From Bdellovibrionales bacterium (GTDB lineage: Bacteria > Bdellovibrionota > Bdellovibrionia > Bdellovibrionales > JAGQZY01): a DNA stretch of 64,000 bases. Below, in pieces: positions 27,734-38,341 of the stretch. The notes under the pieces were generated by a model. That model saw only the letters and a program-made list of their open reading frames with translations, was not told the origin of the DNA and searched no databases. Within the stretch, counting starts at the first letter, position 1. Every line of letters starts with the position of its first letter. The stretch spans positions 13,369-77,368 of the forward strand of contig JANPLN010000067.1 of NCBI GenBank assembly GCA_031426555.1, read 5' to 3'. The position numbers and the translations under genes are program-made.

Positions 27734-28792
27734 ATGAGTAAAAATAAATACGACTTTATCGTCATAGGTTCTGGCATCGAAGCGCTGCTCAAATGCCTTG
27801 AGCTTGAACAAACCGGTCTCTCTGGATGCATCATCGAAAAAGAAGACACCCTGGGTGGGCTTTTTCGGGGTCTTCGCAGCAACGAAGTGCTCTTTGAGTC
27901 CCATCTTCCGTTCATGGATGATTCGCTCGAAGTTCGCCCCCTTGCAGACCAACTCTGCGCAACCATAGACGCTCTCACCTACGAAACAAAAGATCTAGGC
28001 CCACTGACCTTCCACAACGGTCAAATTCAGCCATTTATGGGCTTTGGCGAAACCAGCAACCTGGCGGTCGACGTCTATTCTTATTTTTCGCAGGCAAAAA
28101 CTCTGCACTTTTCGCAAAGCTTCAGCGCCATGGCACAAAAACTTCGCGAAAAACTCACCTGCGAAATTTTCAATCAAAGCGAGGTCACGGCGCTGGAGTT
28201 GGAACCGCAAGTGCAAGTGACCATCAACGGATCCACCGTTTTGCTTTCCGAAGACCTTTATTTTTACGATTCCCCCCTCAAACTTTCCAAGTTGCTTTCC
28301 GTCAGCAAAACGAACCTTCCTAAGAACCTAGTTCCTAAACTTTCAAAAACGCAGTTGTGGACAGCCATTAGTTTGGTCTACCGCCATCACCGTCCTGTCA
28401 CGGAAACCTCCGCCATACATGTTCTTTACGGCGCCAAAGAGCTCCCCTGCTTGGGACGTTTTCAAAATGAGTTTGGCGTACCTACCTCGCAATGGCTGTG
28501 TTTGGTGAGTGCCGAAGAAGCGGCGGACAGTGAATCCCTGGGAACGACATTGCGCGAAATGAAAAAGCAAATCAAACGCATGTATCCGGTGTTTTTGGAA
28601 ACAGTGGAGCAGGAAAACATCTTTATCGCGCCTGATTCCTATGGAACTGTAAATACTCAGCTTTTAGAAAACGATCGGTTTCCTAAAGTAAACCGACTGC
28701 ATGTGGGTTCTCGTTATTATGCCGGGCACCCCACCCTCTGGGGAAAGCTCGCGCCGGGAGCGGATTCAAGGGACTTAACGCAAAGCGTTTAG
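27734..28792 (+). CDS. FAD/NAD(P)-binding oxidoreductase-like protein (degenerate)
   Basis: YDFIVIGSGIEAL...IIEKEDTLGG dinucleotide-binding start. Confidence 0.6.
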   Translation: MSKNKYDFIVIGSGIEALLKCLELEQTGLSGCIIEKEDTLGGLFRGLRSNEVLFESHLPFMDDSLEVRPLADQLCATIDALTYETKDLGPLTFHNGQIQPFMGFGETSNLAVDVYSYFSQAKTLHFSQSFSAMAQKLREKLTCEIFNQSEVTALELEPQVQVTINGSTVLLSEDLYFYDSPLKLSKLLSVSKTNLPKNLVPKLSKTQLWTAISLVYRHHRPVTETSAIHVLYGAKELPCLGRFQNEFGVPTSQWLCLVSAEEAADSESLGTTLREMKKQIKRMYPVFLETVEQENIFIAPDSYGTVNTQLLENDRFPKVNRLHVGSRYYAGHPTLWGKLAPGADSRDLTQSV

Positions 28793-28865
28793 GTCCATAA
28801 ACCCCTGCTTTTTTTAAACCTTCTATGTTACCCCCTTCTTACGTCAAATTGGCGAAACTATAACT

Positions 28866-28946
28866 CACTTTTCGGACTCCGCTGGTGCCGGGCGCTCTTT
28901 GCAGCGATTACGGTTCTCTGAAAAGGTGGAATAACCAGCAAGGAGG
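28866..28946 (+). promoter_or_regulatory. rpsB 5' leader (S2 autoregulatory structure)
   Basis: Stem CACTTTTCGGA / TCTGAAAAGGTG; internal GCTGGT can pair with ACCAGC just before the AGGAGG SD (pseudoknot). Confidence 0.7.
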
Positions 28947-28952
28947 AATATT

Positions 28953-29960
28953 ATGAGTCTTACTATGAAGGATATGCTTGATGCCGGTGTCCATTTCGGT
29001 CACCAAAAAGAGCGTTGGAATCCAAAAATGAAGCCGTTTGTTTACACATCTCGCGGCGGAATTCACATCATCGATCTACAAAAAACTCTCGCAAAAGCCA
29101 AAGAGGCTATGCAATTTGTAGAGAACATGGCAGCTGATGGTCAGCGTCTGATTTTTGTCGGAACAAAAAAGCAAGCTGAAGAAACAATCCAAGCGGCTGC
29201 GAACCGATGCGGTCAGTACTTTGTGACTAAACGTTGGCTCGGTGGCACCCTTACTAACTTCGTTACCATTAAACAGAGTATTGATCGTCTAAAAAAGATC
29301 GATCAAATGCGCGAAAAAGGCGAACTTGATTTCTTTTCAAAAAAAGAGCGCTCAAGCATGGAAAAAGAATACATGAAGTTGAACGATTACCTTCAGGGTA
29401 TTCGCGACATGAAAGAGCCTGCTGGAATGTTGTTTGTTGTTGATATCAACAAAGAGCATATCGCGGTTTTAGAGGCCAAAAAACTTGGCATCAAAGTGGT
29501 TGGTCTTTGTGATACAAACTCTGATCCTAATCTTATTGATTATCCAATTCCAGCGAACGACGACGCCATTCGCTCCATCAAACTTTTTAGCGAAATGATT
29601 GCCGACGCTTACGAAGCCGGCGCTAAAAAATACGAACAGGTTCTTCGCACGCGCACAGATAAACAATCTGACGTGGAAAAAGAGCAAAAAGACACTGCGG
29701 CACCTCAGGATAAGGGACGACCTCAGCGTGGCGGTAAAAAAGAAGCAGCACCTGCTGTTGCCGTTAAACCTGCCGGTCCAAATGTTGTAAAAGCAACTAA
29801 AGGCCGTAAGCTCGTAGCTGCCGGAACTGCCGATGACATCGAAATCCTTGCCGAGGTTGAACAAGAAATTTCAACCGCCGTCATCGAAAAAGAACAAGAC
29901 TCAGCTGTAGCAAATGAAGCAAAAGTAGCTAAAGAAGCTGCTGCAGCGCCAAAAGAATAG
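28953..29960 (+). CDS. rpsB: 30S ribosomal protein S2 with long C-terminal extension
   Basis: AGVHFGHQ, RWNPKM, RWLGGTLTN, PANDDAIRSI. Confidence 0.99.
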   Translation: MSLTMKDMLDAGVHFGHQKERWNPKMKPFVYTSRGGIHIIDLQKTLAKAKEAMQFVENMAADGQRLIFVGTKKQAEETIQAAANRCGQYFVTKRWLGGTLTNFVTIKQSIDRLKKIDQMREKGELDFFSKKERSSMEKEYMKLNDYLQGIRDMKEPAGMLFVVDINKEHIAVLEAKKLGIKVVGLCDTNSDPNLIDYPIPANDDAIRSIKLFSEMIADAYEAGAKKYEQVLRTRTDKQSDVEKEQKDTAAPQDKGRPQRGGKKEAAPAVAVKPAGPNVVKATKGRKLVAAGTADDIEILAEVEQEISTAVIEKEQDSAVANEAKVAKEAAAAPKE

Positions 29961-29970
29961 GAGCACGCCC

Positions 29971-30621
29971 ATGTCTATTTCCGCACAAATGGTTAAAGAA
30001 TTGCGCGATCGCACCAGCGCAGGAATGCTTGATTGTAAAAAAGCCCTCGAGGAAAACTCGGGGGATTTTGACAAAGCCATCGATTGGCTTCGTCAAAAAG
30101 GTTTAAGCAAAGCTGCGAAGAAGGCCGGACGTGTGGCTTCAGAAGGTCTTGTTTACTCTTACATTCACGGCGAAGGCCGCATTGGTGTGTTGGTGGAAAT
30201 CAATTCCGAAACTGATTTCGTGGCTCGCAACGATGAATTCAAAACTTTTGCACAAGACATTGCTATGCACATTGCTGCCGCAAACCCTCTCGCTGTTTCC
30301 GACGCTGAAATCCCCGCTCCATTGATTGAAAAAGAACGCAGTGTTATGCGTGCAACAAATCTTGAATCTGGCAAAAAGCCCGAAATGGTCGATAAGATCG
30401 TCGATGGTCAAATTAAAAAATGGCTCGCTGAAAGCTGCTTGCTGAGCCAAAAGTACATTAAAAATCCCGACATCACTGTTTCAGATCATGTACAAAACAC
30501 CATCGCTCGAATTGGTGAAAACATTGTTGTTCGACGTTTTGCTCGCTATGAACTTGGTGAAGGCATCGAAAAGCAAGAATCCAACTTCGCAGACGAAGTG
30601 GCCGCACAACTTAAACAGTAA
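29971..30621 (+). CDS. tsf: Elongation factor Ts (short form)
   Basis: [27 protein letters not shown]. Confidence 0.99.
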   Translation: MSISAQMVKELRDRTSAGMLDCKKALEENSGDFDKAIDWLRQKGLSKAAKKAGRVASEGLVYSYIHGEGRIGVLVEINSETDFVARNDEFKTFAQDIAMHIAAANPLAVSDAEIPAPLIEKERSVMRATNLESGKKPEMVDKIVDGQIKKWLAESCLLSQKYIKNPDITVSDHVQNTIARIGENIVVRRFARYELGEGIEKQESNFADEVAAQLKQ

Positions 30622-30626
30622 AGCAG

Positions 30627-31343
30627 GTGCCCGTGGCGCTTAAGTACAAACGTATACTTCTCAAACTCAGTGGGGAGGCCCTCGCAGGCCCCCAAGGTTT
30701 TGGAATCAGCACCGATAACATTTTGCAAATTGCCAAGGATATTCGATCCATTCAAAATCTCGGTGTCGAAATCGGCATCGTGATTGGTGGCGGGAATATT
30801 TTTCGTGGCATTGCCGCCTCTGCCAATGGCATGGACCGTGCGAGCTCCGATTACATGGGAATGTTGGCGACGTGCATGAATGCGCTGGCTCTTCAAGATT
30901 CTCTTGAAAAAGAGGGAATGAAAACGCGAGTTCTTTCGGCCATCGAAATGGCACAAATTGCAGAGCCTTACATCCGAAGACGCGCCGTACGCCACCTCGA
31001 AAAAGGTCGCATCGTCATTTTTGCTTCCGGAACGGGTAATCCCTATTTTACGACTGATACCGCCGCAGCTCTTCGCGGAATGGAAATTCATGCGGAAGTC
31101 CTGCTGAAAGCTACGAATGTCGATGGTACTTACGACAAGGATCCAAAAAAATTCTCAGATGCCATTAAGTACGAGTCCCTCACTCACCGCGAAGCACTCA
31201 ACAAGGGTTTGCAAGTGATGGATTCAACGGCCTTAAGCCTTTGCATGGATAATAAGCTACCAATTATCACTTTTAAATTGATGGAAAAAGGAAATTTGCT
31301 CAAAGTTCTGATGGGCGAAAAGATCGGAACTGTGATCAACTAA
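30627..31343 (+). CDS. pyrH: UMP kinase
   Basis: [31 protein letters not shown]; start could be GTG 30633. Confidence 0.98.
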   Translation: MPVALKYKRILLKLSGEALAGPQGFGISTDNILQIAKDIRSIQNLGVEIGIVIGGGNIFRGIAASANGMDRASSDYMGMLATCMNALALQDSLEKEGMKTRVLSAIEMAQIAEPYIRRRAVRHLEKGRIVIFASGTGNPYFTTDTAAALRGMEIHAEVLLKATNVDGTYDKDPKKFSDAIKYESLTHREALNKGLQVMDSTALSLCMDNKLPIITFKLMEKGNLLKVLMGEKIGTVIN

Positions 31344-31356
31344 AAAGGGGTTCAGC

Positions 31357-31920
31357 ATGATTAGTGTCAACGATTTAAATAAAAATACCGAAACCAAGAT
31401 GAAAACCGCCATCGCGGCGCTTGGTAACGAATTTAAAAAGATTCGCACCGGCCGCGCACAGGTAACAATGCTCGACGCTGTTCGCGTGGACTATTACGGC
31501 AATCCAACTCCCCTCAATCAGGTCGCCTCAGTCACTTGCCCCGATGCCCGTAGTTTTTTGATCACTCCCTGGGAAGCTTCTGTTTTAAAGGCCATCGAAA
31601 ACGCCATCGTAAAAAGTGATGTGGGTATGGCGCCAATCAACGACGGGAAAGCTGTTCGCCTTCGCCTTCCTGATTTGACTGAAGACCGACGCAAAGAACT
31701 GGTAAAACAGTCTAAGAAAGCTGTGGAAGACGCGAAGGTCGCAGTTCGCATGGCTCGCCGAGATGCCAACGAAGAATTAAAAATTGCTTTGAAAGACAAA
31801 GTGATTTCCGAAGATCAAAACAAGCAGTATTTGGATGATATTCAAAAGATGACGGACAAATACACTGCAGACGTTGATAAGTTGTCTGCTGATAAAGAAA
31901 AAGAAATTATGACAATATGA
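31357..31920 (+). CDS. frr: Ribosome recycling factor
   Basis: IRTGRA, LTEDRRKELVK, KEKEIM. Confidence 0.98.
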   Translation: MISVNDLNKNTETKMKTAIAALGNEFKKIRTGRAQVTMLDAVRVDYYGNPTPLNQVASVTCPDARSFLITPWEASVLKAIENAIVKSDVGMAPINDGKAVRLRLPDLTEDRRKELVKQSKKAVEDAKVAVRMARRDANEELKIALKDKVISEDQNKQYLDDIQKMTDKYTADVDKLSADKEKEIMTI

Positions 31921-32660
31921 TGCAGGCACAGAGTTTATCTCTGCCTCAGCATCTTGCCATCATTATGGATGGAAACGGGCGCTGGGCGGAGCGCAGAAGA
32001 AAAAATCGATTTATGGGCCACTTCAAGGGTACGCGAGTGGCCAAACAAATCATCGAGGAATGCTCTCGCCTAGGCTTAGCAAACCTCACTCTTTATACAT
32101 TCAGCACTGAAAACTGGTCGCGCCCCATTCAGGAAGTTTCGTTTTTAATGAAGCTTCTTGCAAAATATCTTTCTAAAGAACGACAGACTCTCATCGATAA
32201 CAATATTCGTTTTCAATGCATTGGACAGGTGGACCGCCTACCCTCGTTCGCTCAAGAAGAAATCACCAAGACGATTTTGGCCACACAAAAAAACACCGGT
32301 ATGAATTTGTTTTTCGCTCTCAGCTACGGCGGTCGGCAGGAAATCTTACAGGCTGCAAAAACCTTTGCAGCACTTGTGAAGGCTGGCAAGTTGTCTCCCG
32401 AAGATCTTACAGAAGAGCGTTTTGCGACGTTTTTAAATACGTACCCGACGCCCGACCCAGATATGATCATCCGCACGAGCGGTGAGATGAGACTTTCTAA
32501 TTTCCTCACGTGGCAATCGGTTTACAGTGAAATCTTCGTTACACATACCTTATGGCCCGACTTCACAAAAGACGATCTGCACCAGGCGCTGATTCAGTAT
32601 AAAACGCGGGAGCGTCGTTTTGGAAAAACCTCTTCGCAGATTCTCGAAAGCAATCTGTAA
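31917..32660 (+). CDS. uppS: Undecaprenyl diphosphate synthase
   Basis: HLAIIMDGNGRWA, FSTENWSRP, IRTSGEMRLSNFL. Confidence 0.98.
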   Translation: MMQAQSLSLPQHLAIIMDGNGRWAERRRKNRFMGHFKGTRVAKQIIEECSRLGLANLTLYTFSTENWSRPIQEVSFLMKLLAKYLSKERQTLIDNNIRFQCIGQVDRLPSFAQEEITKTILATQKNTGMNLFFALSYGGRQEILQAAKTFAALVKAGKLSPEDLTEERFATFLNTYPTPDPDMIIRTSGEMRLSNFLTWQSVYSEIFVTHTLWPDFTKDDLHQALIQYKTRERRFGKTSSQILESNL

Positions 32661-32666
32661 TTTCCT

Positions 32667-33488
32667 ATGACAACACTACTCCGCAGAGTTATTTCAGGTT
32701 TTGCTGCCCTAGGAATCCTCCTCGGTACGCTGTTCTGGGGAGGCACGATTGGACTCGCTTGTCTTGGCAGCTTTGTCGTAGCCATTGCCGCTATTGAATA
32801 CGCTTTGCTTTTTGAGCGTGTCTCCCTGTGGTTTTCGTCGTTTTTAGTATTTTTCTCTTTCGTTTACCTCACGCAAGTGATTCATCCGGAGTACGCAGTT
32901 GCGGTGTTGAGTATCAGTTTTATTCTGACTTCCTCTTTGGGAATTTGTCTTTTTCATCACCTGGATCCGCAACAGATGTTGGCAAAGCTGCAATGGCCCT
33001 TGATGGGACTTTTGTATGTGGGACTTTTTCCCGCACTTGCCATCCAAATTCTCTACGAAACGGGTTGGCCGCTATTAATTTTTCTTTTAGTCACTGTTTT
33101 CTTTGGCGATATTTTCGCCTTCTTTTTTGGCTTGTACTGGGGCGGAAAAAAACTGTTTCCACAAATATCTCCTAAAAAAACAATTTCTGGAAGCTTTGGC
33201 GGCCTGGTTGGTTCACTCGTTTGTGGGGGCACCTATCTGTATGTCTTTTCCGAGCTTCGCGATCCTTTTTTGATCTTTTTCTTATGTGTTGCCATTGGGG
33301 CTTTTGCCCAGTTGGGCGACTTTTTTGAATCCCTCCTCAAGAGAATTTCCGGAAAGAAAGATTCTGGTGCCATTATGCCCGGCCACGGTGGACTGTTAGA
33401 CAGGCTCGACGGGGTTTATTTTGGTGCTCCAGTCCTGTACTTCTTCTGTTCATTTTTTGAACTTGCCTCTTATTTTCCCCACGCCTAA
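32667..33488 (+). CDS. cdsA: Phosphatidate cytidylyltransferase
   Basis: ISPKKT, GDFFESLLKR...KDSG...PGHGGLLDRLD. Confidence 0.97.
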   Translation: MTTLLRRVISGFAALGILLGTLFWGGTIGLACLGSFVVAIAAIEYALLFERVSLWFSSFLVFFSFVYLTQVIHPEYAVAVLSISFILTSSLGICLFHHLDPQQMLAKLQWPLMGLLYVGLFPALAIQILYETGWPLLIFLLVTVFFGDIFAFFFGLYWGGKKLFPQISPKKTISGSFGGLVGSLVCGGTYLYVFSELRDPFLIFFLCVAIGAFAQLGDFFESLLKRISGKKDSGAIMPGHGGLLDRLDGVYFGAPVLYFFCSFFELASYFPHA

Positions 33489-33497
33489 ACTTAAACT

Positions 33498-35183
33498 ATG
33501 AATATAATCTACGATTTCCTTGCTCAAGGTGTCTCGTTTATCGTTCCAATGATCATCCTTTTGGGAGTTTTAATTTTTATTCACGAACTCGGGCATTTTG
33601 CAGTCGCAAAATACTTCAACGTGAAGGTCGAAACTTTCAGTCTGGGTTTTGGGCCAAAAATTTGGAAAAAAACCCACGGTGAAACAACTTATTGTGTTTC
33701 TGCTATCCCCTTTGGCGGCTACGTTAAAATGTACGGTGACGATTTTGGCGGTGAAGTTCCCGATCACATGAAAGAGCGTTCTTTTTTGCACAAGCCGATT
33801 TATCAGAGGATCGCAATTGCCCTTGCTGGTCCCTTGATGAATTTGTTTCTCGCCTATTTTTTATTTTGGGGCCTAAGTCTTATTGGCGAACAAGTGATCG
33901 CACCAAAGCTGGGTGATCTTGCAGAGAACAGCGAGGCTTTTAAATCGGAGTTTCGCTCGGGCGACCGAATCCTCGCCATCGATGGTAATGCTGTGGGACG
34001 CTGGGAAGACGTGGAAGATGCGATTCAGAGCCATCCCAATTCCGATCTCAGTTTTCGAATTTTGCGCGAAACCCACGAAGAGCCTATGACAATCATGGTG
34101 GCTACTGGACAAGGTCCCAGCAAAAACATTTTTCACGAGGGCCGCATCGAAGGTCAAATCGAAGGCTTCGATTTTGCCTCGGATGCATCGGTCATTGGTG
34201 TTTCAGACCCGCAATCACTGTTTGGCAAGATGGGGTTTAAAACGGGAGATCAAATTGTTAAAATCAATAACGTCAAGGTCGCAAGATATCGCAGTATCAG
34301 CGATATCTTGATTAACGAAAGTTCCAACACCGAAAAGAAAATTGTTTTCGAAATCGATCGTTACGGTACAAAGCCAGGTCAAAAAGCAGAGTCCGTGAGA
34401 ATCGAATGGGATCTGAACAAAAATCCACTTCCCGATCGCCCGGAAAAACTGGGCTATGAAAAACCCGAAACTTTTATTGGCGCTGTGGGTTCTAAGACGC
34501 CCGCCGAGCAAGCGGGACTGCTTGCCAATGATCAATTTTTAAATATTAACGAAACTCCGATTCGCTCTTTTCAAGATATTGTCACAGCGGTCAGCTCGTT
34601 TAAAGAAAAAGGCGAGCCTCTCAAGGTGGTTGTTCGTCGTAATGGCGAAGTTAAAAATTTCGAAATCACGCCACAGATGACCGAAATTAAATCCGAAGTG
34701 GGAGGCCCCACCGACAAGCGATTTACGATTGGTGTTCAGCCCCTAAAATCCACACATATTGATTACATCAAGTGGCGCGCCCCAACCTTCCTTGCCTCGT
34801 TTAGTTGGGCTGCGGCCAAAACGTGGCAATGGACACACGTTACAATTATGAGTTTTGTATTTGTGATCACCAACAAAGTTTCGCCGAAAAATCTTGGTGG
34901 TTTTATCTCCATTGGACAAATGGCACAAAAAAGTTGGCAGGCTGGCATCGACTACTTTTTGCGAATCATGGCAATTATTTCTTTGAATCTTTTCGTTTTA
35001 AACTTGTTGCCTGTGCCCGTTTTAGATGGAGGACATATTGTTCTGTTTACGATCGAAGGCATTCGTGGTGCACCCATCAGCATCAGAAAGTTGGAAGTCG
35101 CTCAACAAATCGGAATGTTTTTGCTCCTCTCGTTGTTGGCGTTTTCTTTATTCAACGACGTCAGTCGCCTCTTCGGCTCGTAA
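33498..35183 (+). CDS. rseP: RIP metalloprotease with multiple PDZ domains
   Basis: HELGH, AGPLMN, NLLPVPVLDGGH; three PDZ-like GD+I segments. Confidence 0.96.
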   Translation: MNIIYDFLAQGVSFIVPMIILLGVLIFIHELGHFAVAKYFNVKVETFSLGFGPKIWKKTHGETTYCVSAIPFGGYVKMYGDDFGGEVPDHMKERSFLHKPIYQRIAIALAGPLMNLFLAYFLFWGLSLIGEQVIAPKLGDLAENSEAFKSEFRSGDRILAIDGNAVGRWEDVEDAIQSHPNSDLSFRILRETHEEPMTIMVATGQGPSKNIFHEGRIEGQIEGFDFASDASVIGVSDPQSLFGKMGFKTGDQIVKINNVKVARYRSISDILINESSNTEKKIVFEIDRYGTKPGQKAESVRIEWDLNKNPLPDRPEKLGYEKPETFIGAVGSKTPAEQAGLLANDQFLNINETPIRSFQDIVTAVSSFKEKGEPLKVVVRRNGEVKNFEITPQMTEIKSEVGGPTDKRFTIGVQPLKSTHIDYIKWRAPTFLASFSWAAAKTWQWTHVTIMSFVFVITNKVSPKNLGGFISIGQMAQKSWQAGIDYFLRIMAIISLNLFVLNLLPVPVLDGGHIVLFTIEGIRGAPISIRKLEVAQQIGMFLLLSLLAFSLFNDVSRLFGS

Positions 35184-35195
35184 AAGAGGCGTGTT

Positions 35196-35897
35196 GTGTT
35201 AACTCTCACTATTTCGACGAGCTCTGCTAAGGGTTCGCTCTGCCTTGGCGACGGCCAAAATATTCTCGGCCAGCAGTCGTGGCAAAAAAAGACGTCGCAC
35301 AGCGAGGTTGTCACTCAGACCCTCGAGGAGCTTCTGCAAAAAGCCGGAGTCGAACTGCAAGATATTCAGCAACTTGTTTGCTCAACGGGGCCAGGAAGCT
35401 TTACCGGTCTACGTGTGGGGCTCAGCGTGACTCGAAGTTTAGCGTATAGTTTGCAAATTCCCATTATCGGCATCAACGATGGCCTTGCGATATCCCTCAA
35501 CGAACCGGCACCCATGCCCACGGACATTCTCACGGTGATCAACGCGCAAAAAAACAAAGTTTTTGCTGGCATCTACAAAAAACATCGCCAACAAACTCAA
35601 GAAGTTCTTGCTCCCACTCTGCTTTCCTCTCGCGAGCTAGAACCACTGCTTACAGAGAGCCATTATCAGGTTATGGGTGATGGAGTTGAGCTGATTAGCG
35701 ACATTACAGCGCATGAAAATAAATTTTCGCTGCACAGTCTTGCGACTGCATTTCCCGATGCGACTTTGCTTCACACGTACGTGCAAAAAAATATTTCGAA
35801 AATTGCAAAGATCCCCTGGAACCAACTTTTGCCACTTTACCTCCGAGCTTCGGCAGCTGAGGAAGTGCGTGCTGAAAAATTGAGCAAAAAGACATAA
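35196..35897 (+). CDS. tsaB: tRNA t6A biosynthesis protein TsaB
   Basis: HSE, GPGSFTGLRVG, PLYLR. Confidence 0.93.
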   Translation: MLTLTISTSSAKGSLCLGDGQNILGQQSWQKKTSHSEVVTQTLEELLQKAGVELQDIQQLVCSTGPGSFTGLRVGLSVTRSLAYSLQIPIIGINDGLAISLNEPAPMPTDILTVINAQKNKVFAGIYKKHRQQTQEVLAPTLLSSRELEPLLTESHYQVMGDGVELISDITAHENKFSLHSLATAFPDATLLHTYVQKNISKIAKIPWNQLLPLYLRASAAEEVRAEKLSKKT

Positions 35898-35956
35898 CGC
35901 TCCGCGCTCTTTTAATCGTTCCGTCATAGGCCGCTTATATCCTATGATTAAGGACA

Positions 35957-36697
35957 ATGGGGATAACCACGTTGGACCATTTTATCAATTTTTACGACAT
36001 TCTTGAGGTAGACCCCAAGGCCACCTCCTTTGAAGTGTACCAGGCTTATTTAAAGGTCAAAAAAACCTATTCTCTGCGCGACCCGCAAATGTTTAAAAAC
36101 TTTACCTTCGACGAAATTCAAGAGCTTCTCACCATGATCGAAGAAGCCTATTCCACCATCGGCAACGACGAGACCCGGATCGTTTACGACGCCCACTTTT
36201 TTAAAATCTATCCTCACCTCAGATCCAAGATCGGCACCATGGATTTTGACGACAGCCCGAGAGCTGTGCTTGCAAGCACATCACCAACGATGGCACATCA
36301 GCCCATCGCCACCGAAGTGCCCATGGAAGCCGTGAATGCGGTCACCGCCGCGCATGCGGCGCCATTGAACGCTGTTCCTTCAGGCCTGGGCAAAACGTCA
36401 TTAAGTTCCTACGAAATCGATGAGGCTTTTGAGGCGCAGATCAGTACGCAGGAATTTTTTGACGGTGTATTTTTAGGAAAAATTCGTAAATACAAAAAAA
36501 TTAAGATTGAAGATCTCAGTCAGAAAACATGTATCAGTCTTAAATATCTCTACGCTATCGAAGATAATAACTACAATGCCCTTCCGGCACCGGTTTTTAC
36601 GCGTGGATATGTGGTTCAGTATTGCAAATTCTTAGATCTCGATGCAGATAAAGTGCTTCAAACCTTTATGAAGCTGTATCAAAATGGTCGAGAGTAA
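35957..36697 (+). CDS. J-domain-like N-terminus fused to RodZ-type HTH
   Basis: NFYDILEV...AYSTIG...R..YD without HPD; C-terminal YLYAIE...LPAPVFTRGYV. Confidence 0.75.
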   Translation: MGITTLDHFINFYDILEVDPKATSFEVYQAYLKVKKTYSLRDPQMFKNFTFDEIQELLTMIEEAYSTIGNDETRIVYDAHFFKIYPHLRSKIGTMDFDDSPRAVLASTSPTMAHQPIATEVPMEAVNAVTAAHAAPLNAVPSGLGKTSLSSYEIDEAFEAQISTQEFFDGVFLGKIRKYKKIKIEDLSQKTCISLKYLYAIEDNNYNALPAPVFTRGYVVQYCKFLDLDADKVLQTFMKLYQNGRE

Positions 36698-37670
36698 AAC
36701 AATAAAACTCACTGTCTCTGAAGATCTTGTAGGTCTCCGCGCCGATATCGGCCTCGCCAAAGCCGGAGTGTTTAACACCCGTTCGCAGGTCAAAAAAATA
36801 TTTACCGACAAAAAAGTATATGTGAATGGAAAATACATCAAACCCTCGCAGATCTTGCAACTTGGAGACGACATCCAAGTGGAAGTGCCTTTGCAACTCG
36901 AGGAATGGCTGGCGCCCTACGACTTCCCTCTCGATATTTATTATGAAGACGAAGAGGTACTGGTTCTTAACAAGCCTGCCGGTCTTGTTGTGCATCCTGC
37001 AGCTGGCCACCGAAACGACACGCTGATCAACGCCTTGATTGCGCATCATAAAACATTGTCACCAGGCTCGTCTCCCTATCGTCCGGGTTTAGTACATCGA
37101 ATTGATAAAGACACCAGCGGTTTGTTAGTTCTCGCCAAAAACGAAAAAACCCACAGCAGTTTGGCAAAACAATTTTTGCGAAAAACCGTTCACAGAGTTT
37201 ATTGGGCCATTGTCTTTGGATGCCCCAAAGAAAAAACTGGAACAATCACTTCCTATATTTCTCGAAGCCCCAACGATCGTAAAAAATTTATGGCCACACA
37301 GGAAGCTGACGGGGAAAAAAAAGGCTTTAAGCACGCCATCACTCACTACGAAGTTTTGCAAACAACTGGAGCCATGAGTTTAGTTCAGTTAAAACTCGAA
37401 ACAGGCCGTACGCACCAGATTCGCGTGCACATGTCGTCCATCGCACATCCTATTGCGGGCGACGACACCTACGGGGGCAAAAAACGCGCAAACTCTTTAG
37501 CCTCGCAGCAACTTAAAAAATTGATTTTAGAAATGCCACGCTTCGCCCTGCACGCCAAGGAACTCGGCTTCACGCACCCCGTAAAACAAGAACGTATGAC
37601 ATTTAACTCTGCCTGGCCCGACGACCTTCGCGAGCTAGCAAAACTCTCACACCTTGAGGTGCCGCAGTGA
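36684..37670 (+). CDS. rluD: RluA/RluD-family pseudouridine synthase
   Basis: S4 domain, NKPAGLVVHP, HRIDKDTSG, TGRTHQIRVH. Confidence 0.92.
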   Translation: MVESKTIKLTVSEDLVGLRADIGLAKAGVFNTRSQVKKIFTDKKVYVNGKYIKPSQILQLGDDIQVEVPLQLEEWLAPYDFPLDIYYEDEEVLVLNKPAGLVVHPAAGHRNDTLINALIAHHKTLSPGSSPYRPGLVHRIDKDTSGLLVLAKNEKTHSSLAKQFLRKTVHRVYWAIVFGCPKEKTGTITSYISRSPNDRKKFMATQEADGEKKGFKHAITHYEVLQTTGAMSLVQLKLETGRTHQIRVHMSSIAHPIAGDDTYGGKKRANSLASQQLKKLILEMPRFALHAKELGFTHPVKQERMTFNSAWPDDLRELAKLSHLEVPQ

Positions 37671-38335
37671 TCCCACTTTCCCCTCTGCACGGCACATATA
37701 TTGACGATGGCGAATTTGAGATTTTTTTTGGCAACAAGGAGTTTTCTGCAATCGTGGAATCTTCCAAGGATTCCTCGCTATGTTTACTTCATCAAGTTCA
37801 TGGGGCGGAGTGTGTCGAAGCCATCACTCAGCAAAAACCTTCGGCGGATGCGCAGTGGACAACGGATTCACAAAAACAACTTCTTATAAAATCAGCTGAC
37901 TGTCTCCCCATCATCGTGACGTCTTCGAGTCGTAAGCAAATTTGGGCCATTCATGCTGGCTGGCGTGGAGTCGAACAGAAAATTACTACGCATGCTTTAA
38001 AGCCATTTGCTCTCGATACTTCTTTGAAGGTTTACATCGGCCCGCACATTCAGCAGGATAGTTTTGCCGTCGATCACGACGTTGCTGTAAGAATTCTTTC
38101 TGCCCATGATTTGGATTTAGATAAAGCCAGCGCCCTTGGAATCCTTATCGAGCGCGAAAACAAATACTATATTGATTTGGTGGCCTTGGTGTTCGGCGAA
38201 CTCGAAAATTTACAGATACAGTCCTCCCACGTCTCCGTAAGTCCCGTGGATACCAAAACCAACCCCAACTATTTTTCCTTCCGTCGAGGAGACACTGGCG
38301 TCCGCAATTACAGCCTGGTGCGATTTAAGAGCTAA
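37667..38335 (+). CDS. pgeF: YfiH/PgeF-family protein
   Basis: HQVHG, ADCLPI, HAGWRG, FSFRR; downstream of rluD. Confidence 0.88.
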   Translation: MIPLSPLHGTYIDDGEFEIFFGNKEFSAIVESSKDSSLCLLHQVHGAECVEAITQQKPSADAQWTTDSQKQLLIKSADCLPIIVTSSSRKQIWAIHAGWRGVEQKITTHALKPFALDTSLKVYIGPHIQQDSFAVDHDVAVRILSAHDLDLDKASALGILIERENKYYIDLVALVFGELENLQIQSSHVSVSPVDTKTNPNYFSFRRGDTGVRNYSLVRFKS

Positions 38336-38341
38336 ATCTAA

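Noticed and set aside
29971..30621. Truncated EF-Ts
   Set aside because: Short EF-Ts of about 200 aa is a known natural form.
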